Both the position numbers and the translations under genes were made by a program. Below are positions 59,454-64,000 of a stretch of 64,000 nt of DNA, in pieces. The stretch is from assembly GCA_002269645.1 (NCBI GenBank), contig NIVC01002849.1, positions 1 through 64,000 on the forward strand, in the 5' to 3' direction. The notes under the pieces were generated by a model. It was not told the DNA's origin, searched no databases, and was given only the letters and a program-made list of their open reading frames with translations. The DNA is from Macrostomum lignano (lineage: Eukaryota). Numbering within the stretch: position 1 is the stretch's first letter; every line of letters begins with the position of its first letter.

Positions 59454-61617
59454 AAACTTAGACAAACCAAAGCAATTGCAAGTCTCCAGCTCACCTTGAG
59501 CAGCCGGGCCTGATGCAGAGTGCCCAGCAGGAATCGGACTGCCTGCACCGGTATGCGCTCGTACTCCTGCATCAGACTGCAGAATGAGCACTTGCGCGAG
59601 AACAAGTACAGCTTGAACTCGAACAGGTTGGCCATCTGGGCGCGAACGTGGGCTCGCTTCTCGGGGTCGCTGAAGTTCACAATGCCCAGAGGGTCGATTC
59701 GGCTGAACTCCAGGCTGACAAAGTTCACCAGCCACGGCATTGAGCGGCCTGGGGGCGGCATGTGATGAGGCGGATGGGTCATAGAGGGGGTGTGAGATGA
59801 AGCAGATGGGTCATGGAGGGGGTGTAAGATGAAGCAGATGGGTCATGGAGGGGGTGTGAGACGAAGCAGATGGGTCATGGAGGGGGGCGCGTGATGCAGA
59901 AGATAGGTCATAGAGGGGGTGTGTGATGAAGAAAATGAGACAGGGGAAAGCAGATGGGTCATAGAGGGGTGTTTGATGAAGCAGATGGGTCATAGAGGGG
60001 GTGTGTGATGAAGAAAATGAGACAGGGAAAAGCAGATGGGTCATAGAGGGGTGTTTGATGAAGCAGATGGGTCATAGGGGGTGTGTGATGAAGCAGGTGG
60101 GTCATAGAGAGGGTATGGAATGAAGTAGATGGTTCTTGAAAATGCTGGGCGATGAGGCAGATGAGTCATGGGGTGACGGCATGGCGCATATAGTTAAGTT
60201 TTAAGCGGATTAAAGTTACTCAGGACAGAGATAACGCCCAGCCCCAAGCCAACCTGTCTCGCAGAAGGTGGACACTAACTCCTCGAACAAAGACTCCAGC
60301 TGCTCATACTGATTCAAAGCTTCGTCAAAGACGGACAAAGATTCGTACACGGCGGCCAGTTCCTCTTGGTAACTAAAAAATTCGAAATAATTGCACTTCC
60401 GCTCGCGACACTCCCGCCTAAGGTGCTCGATGTGAGTCTCGTAGGCACCAATCAGACGCTGATAGGAGGATTTGATCAGCTGGCCCAGCTCGTGCAGCAG
60501 GCGGGACCAGCTCTCCTTCACCAGGCTGTGCTCCAGTTTGAACGGATCATAGAGCACCACCACTCTGCCATATGATGGAGGTTTGTCGTGAGCTAATTCG
60601 TGACTAATGTCGTGACTAATTAACATGCACTAATTGTTACCCTCAAAGCGGAGCCTCACCTGTTCGGCTTCTGTCGACAGAAATCGACCTTCAAACGATC
60701 GGCCAGCACCGGCTTGACCTTTGACCTCGGCTTGCCGACGCAGTCCTCGCCAATCACCAACACCATCCAGTCGTTGATGCAGCGCCGCTCAAGCGCGCGA
60801 AGCCAGGCCTCCAGCTGCTGGCCACCGGCCTTGGAAATTGGGCTGGAAATTTTCTGTGATGGGGAGCGGAAATAAAAATGTGATTATCTACCGGTATTTG
60901 TCTCTCTGTCTGTCTCAGTGTCTGTCTGTCTCAGTGTCTGTCTGTCTCAGTGTCTGTCTGTCTTAGTGTCTGTCTGTCTTAGTGTCTGACCGTCTTAGTG
61001 TCTGTCTGTCTCAGTATCTGTCTGTCTTAGTGTTCGTCTGTCTGTCTTAGTGTCTGTCTGTCTCAGTGTCTGTCTGTCTCAGTGTCTGTCTGTCTCAGTG
61101 TATGTCTGTCTTAGTGTCTGTCTGTCTCAGTGTCTGTCTGTCTGTCTTAGTGTCTGTCTGTCTCAGTGTCTGTCTGTCTCAGTTTCTGTCTGTCTTAGTG
61201 TCTGTCTGTCTCAGTGTCTGTCTGTCTCAGTGTATGTCTGTCTTAGTGTCTGACCGTCTTAGTGTCTGTCTGTCTCAGTATCTGTCTGTCTTAGTGTTCG
61301 TCTGTCTGTCTTAGTGTCTGTCTGTCTCAGTGTCTGTCTGTCTCAGTGTCTGTCTGTCTCAGTGTATGTCTGTCTTAGTGTCTGTCTGTCTCAGTGTCTG
61401 TCTGTCTGTCTTAGTGTCTGTCTGTCTCAGTGTCTGTCTGTCTCAGTTTCTGTCTGTCTCAGTGTATGTCTGTCTTAGTGTCTGTCTGTCTCAGTGTCTG
61501 TCTGTCTCAGTGTCTGTCTGTCTCAGTGTCTGTCTGTCTCAGTGTCTGTCTGTCTTAGTGTCTGTCTGTCTTAGTGTCTGTCTGTCGTAGTGTCTGTCTG
61601 TCTTAGTGTCTTCTTAG

Positions 61618-61662
<45 letters not shown>

Positions 61663-63596
61663 TAGTGTCTGTCTGTCTTCGTGTCTGCCCGTCTGTCCGT
61701 CTGTCTGTCTGCTTACCTGTCTGTCATTCCGTGTATACTCTGTGGTCCAGCTTAGTACCCGTCTTTCTCGCTTACCTCTGCAACAACAAAGATGTGTACC
61801 AAGGGGCGGCCGATGACATTGGCAGCCTCGGGCGTCTGAGGCAAGTCGGTCTCCGAATAGACAACAAAGTCGCACTGGACGTGAACATTCCTATCTGTTT
61901 GCCCTCTGGTTTGAAGAGAGTAAAATTTTAAAAGTAAATCATTATTGGTCCAATTATTAGTGAGAAAATTCAGCCACAAAAAAGGAAACTAGAGAAGCAA
62001 AAGCAACGAATAAAAGTTACATTCTGTACGATATTGGTTGTGTTGGAATGTTGCGCTGAATTGCTTGCTGAAGCTTGCTGCAGTAGGGCGATGTACCACA
62101 CCCTAAAATTGTGAGGTTAGAAAAGCAAAGCTAAATGAGTGATGAAGCTAATTATCTATGCTTAGAAGTCAAGTAAAAAAATTTCAAGCAAAATTTGCAG
62201 TTTTGCATAATTTAAATCTATTAATTATATTTCTTCAATAACTTAGCTATATCAATTTCATAAATTTGAACTAGAAATAGCTAATTAAATATATTATACC
62301 AAAACTTCATGAAGAAAATAGAAAACCATTGGCTTGAAATTCAATTCTAGATATTAAATTTTATCAATAGTAGTATATGTTGGCTTCTAAGACTTAAGAT
62401 GTACTCGATAATAACATTGCATTGGGGCCATAGCCTAGTGGGCTAGGGCAGTGCTCTGATGTGCCAATGGTCTAGGCTTGATTCTAAGTGCAGTCACATT
62501 AATTTAGAGCTAAATATTCACTTGGGTCTGCTTAGTGCTCATAAAATTAATGCTAATGAGGCATAATTTTCAAGGCATAGTGAAATGCATGTACCTAATA
62601 ATAAAAAGTCAAGGCCACTATATAAACTCATATGTGAGCAGACCTATGTCATATATATCTACTTCTATATGCCTACTTAGGCTAGGCCCCATAGTCCAGA
62701 TCATGGCAGGTGTACACCAGAATGAAAGTTCATGTTTTTTCAATTTTATGCCAACATAAAATTTGAAAAAAAATTTATACTGAGCCCAGAGTTGCTTGTA
62801 CACCAATTTTTTAAGAGAGTATATATTATTAGAAATAAAAGAGTCTTTACAAAACTAAACTTTACAATGGCAGTTTTTTGCTAAAAACTGATATTCTTTA
62901 TTTTAGTTTTGCTTTTCTTGTAAATTTCATCAATATTATTATTTTATTTTTATTTTTTGATTATTTTTAAAAGAGCTTAGATACTAGTTGATATTTAACT
63001 ACACGATTATATTAACCCTGAACTCCTCTATTTCTTGTACACCAACTGTGTGCACTTCATGTTGAACCTGAAAATTCTATATGCCAAGTGTATGCCAAGA
63101 TTGTCAGTGAGAGTAAAAATAAGCTGGAATTTTCCAGCGTAAAGGCCATCTTCAAGACTATGGGCTAGGCCTAGGAGAGTTAACAAAATAGACAATAATA
63201 CCTTTCATTAGTTGTGATAGTGTTACTTAAACTTAATGTGCACATATATGTATATAGCCCCCTGCTTTAATAACAAAAGGTACATAAAATTATTATTTGA
63301 TAATTTAATTCTCTTTGCAATTTGCAATTCCAATTGGTGCAAAATGATGTGGCTTGATAGTTTGTCTTTGGCACAAAGTCTATCAGTTGGGTAGGTAGAC
63401 TTAATCAGTGGTCATTCAATGTGGGGCGAATGCAGTAGACTTCAAACTTCAAGCAGGATATTGCTTGTGCGCCACTGAAACCAAATTTAAATTTTATTAA
63501 TACTAATAGTAAAAATTTGATGTGGGAAAATCACAACAAAGACCTAAAAAAGAAAAAAAACTACTTACATGAAACAACTGGCTTATAAAGTGCCAT
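46850..63596 (-). CDS. TRAPPC10: Trafficking protein particle complex subunit 10 (Trs130); 13 exons, complement(join(46850..46996,47586..47700,47840..48426,50186..50615,52827..53414,54602..54693,55979..56305,59495..59748,60254..60564,60660..60853,61776..61905,62021..62102,63569..63596)), 1094 aa; 3' end uncertain
   Basis: All 12 introns are GT-AG with matching phases. The translation is collinear with TRAPPC10 as I recall it: [45 protein letters not shown]...[57 protein letters not shown]. Confidence 0.9.
47325..47480. repeat. Degenerate tandem repeat of about 40 bp (core CTGGCTTCTGATTGGTT), about 4 copies, TRAPPC10 intron 12
   Basis: Directly visible. Confidence 0.8.
48450..50175. repeat. 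Minisatellite, 33-bp unit AGCTTTGAGCACTGGCTACTGCAAGTCAAGTGT, about 52 copies, TRAPPC10 intron 10
   Basis: Directly visible. Confidence 0.97.
50642..52765. repeat. Minisatellite, 27-bp unit GTGTCAGACTGGATGGGAATCTTGGCT with 23-bp variants, TRAPPC10 intron 9
   Basis: Directly visible. Confidence 0.97.
53475..54568. repeat. Minisatellite, 21-bp unit GTGAATCAGTTGAAACCCAGT with longer edge units, TRAPPC10 intron 8
   Basis: Directly visible. Confidence 0.96.
54990..55940. repeat. C-rich degenerate minisatellite, about 22-bp unit CCCCCTCCTCCCCAACCTGTCA, TRAPPC10 intron 7
   Basis: Directly visible. Confidence 0.93.
56566..56614. repeat. Interstitial telomere-type (CCCTAA)n tract, about 8 units, TRAPPC10 intron 6
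   Basis: CTAACCCTAACCCTAACCCTAACCCTAACCCTAACCTAACCCTAACCTAA. Confidence 0.9.
57480..58660. repeat. AT-rich minisatellite, about 21-24-bp unit CATGACGCTTCTATGATTTTTTA, TRAPPC10 intron 6
   Basis: Directly visible. Confidence 0.93.
59347..59449. repeat. (AG)n microsatellite
   Basis: Directly visible. Confidence 0.95.
59770..60170. repeat. Degenerate minisatellite of about 30 bp (GATGAAGCAGATGGGTCATAGAGGGGGTGT), TRAPPC10 intron 5
   Basis: Directly visible. Confidence 0.88.
60900..61712. repeat. (TCTG)n-derived satellite, 16-bp unit TCTGTCTGTCTCAGTG, TRAPPC10 intron 3
   Basis: Directly visible. Confidence 0.95.
62424..62495 (+). mobile_element. CpG-decayed tRNA-derived SINE head, TRAPPC10 intron 1
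   Basis: GGGGCCATAGCCTAGTGG (A-box-like) ... GGTCTAGGCTTGATTCT (a decayed GGTTCGATTCC-like B box) at tRNA spacing. Confidence 0.35.
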
Positions 63597-63964
63597 TTTG
63601 AAAGAATAAAATAAGAGAAAACTATTTTAATTTTTTCGGAGGGTAACACTATGCATTTGATCCTTTAGTTATTTAATTTAAGCTGTGGGTTTGTCGAACT
63701 TGCATTAAACTTGCATTTAAGATCTGCAAACATATTTAAGAAAGTTCAACAAAATTTTAAATAAGTGTAACTAAAATTACTAATGAACTAGAAGATAGCA
63801 CAAAAGGCACAAAACACAAGAAACGGCTTCCGAAGTCAATCGGTTCTTTAAAAAATTATTATTCTTGCTTCTACGAAAACGGCTTAAATTGTCAATTTAA
63901 AATAGCTACAACTTTTAACTACCGTGGATTCACGACTGTTCGGCTTGAATGTTGAATTATTCTT

Positions 63965-64000
63965 TTTGAATTTGAATTTTGAATTTTGAATTTTGAATTT
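63965..64000. repeat. (TTTTGAA)n simple repeat at the window edge
   Basis: Directly visible. Confidence 0.8.

Noticed and set aside
60220-60253. Extension of TRAPPC10 exon 5 to a donor at 60219
   Set aside because: Gives phase 2, whereas the next exon needs phase 1; the donor at 60253 fits.

Overview
This is animal genomic DNA with GT-AG spliced genes, GC-rich exons in an AT-rich background and more than 25 tandem arrays. No CRISPR array, rRNA or intact tRNA gene was found. The overall style suggests an invertebrate, possibly the flatworm Macrostomum, but that is inference only. Four host genes are supported: two tandem divergent-loop cyclophilins (minus strand, 2 exons each), a Frizzled-4-like receptor (plus, 2 exons, 630 aa) and a 13-exon TRAPPC10/Trs130 orthologue (minus, 63596 to about 46850) whose larger introns are mostly filled by different minisatellites. 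An unidentified spliced gene may lie at about 13.9-19.9 kb (minus). Mobile elements: an internally deleted mariner with perfect TIRs; a Crypton/DUF3504-family relic; a 1.7-kb inverted-repeat element; a 0.5-kb inverted-repeat/minisatellite element; a full-length LOA/R1-group LINE (APE-RT-RNase H-CCHC, 11-bp TSD); decayed tRNA-derived SINEs. The most notable observations are apparent gene conversion between the cyclophilins, sharply bounded CpG-erased domains with an apparent CG>TA excess, about 18 copies of a TACATGTA footprint-like octamer, a highly structured LINE 5' UTR with partial HDV-ribozyme resemblance, and a TRAPPC10 model that stops before the expected C-terminal domain. Most long ORFs in the supplied track are translations of tandem repeats. 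All alignments and counts were made by eye, and repeat boundaries are approximate.
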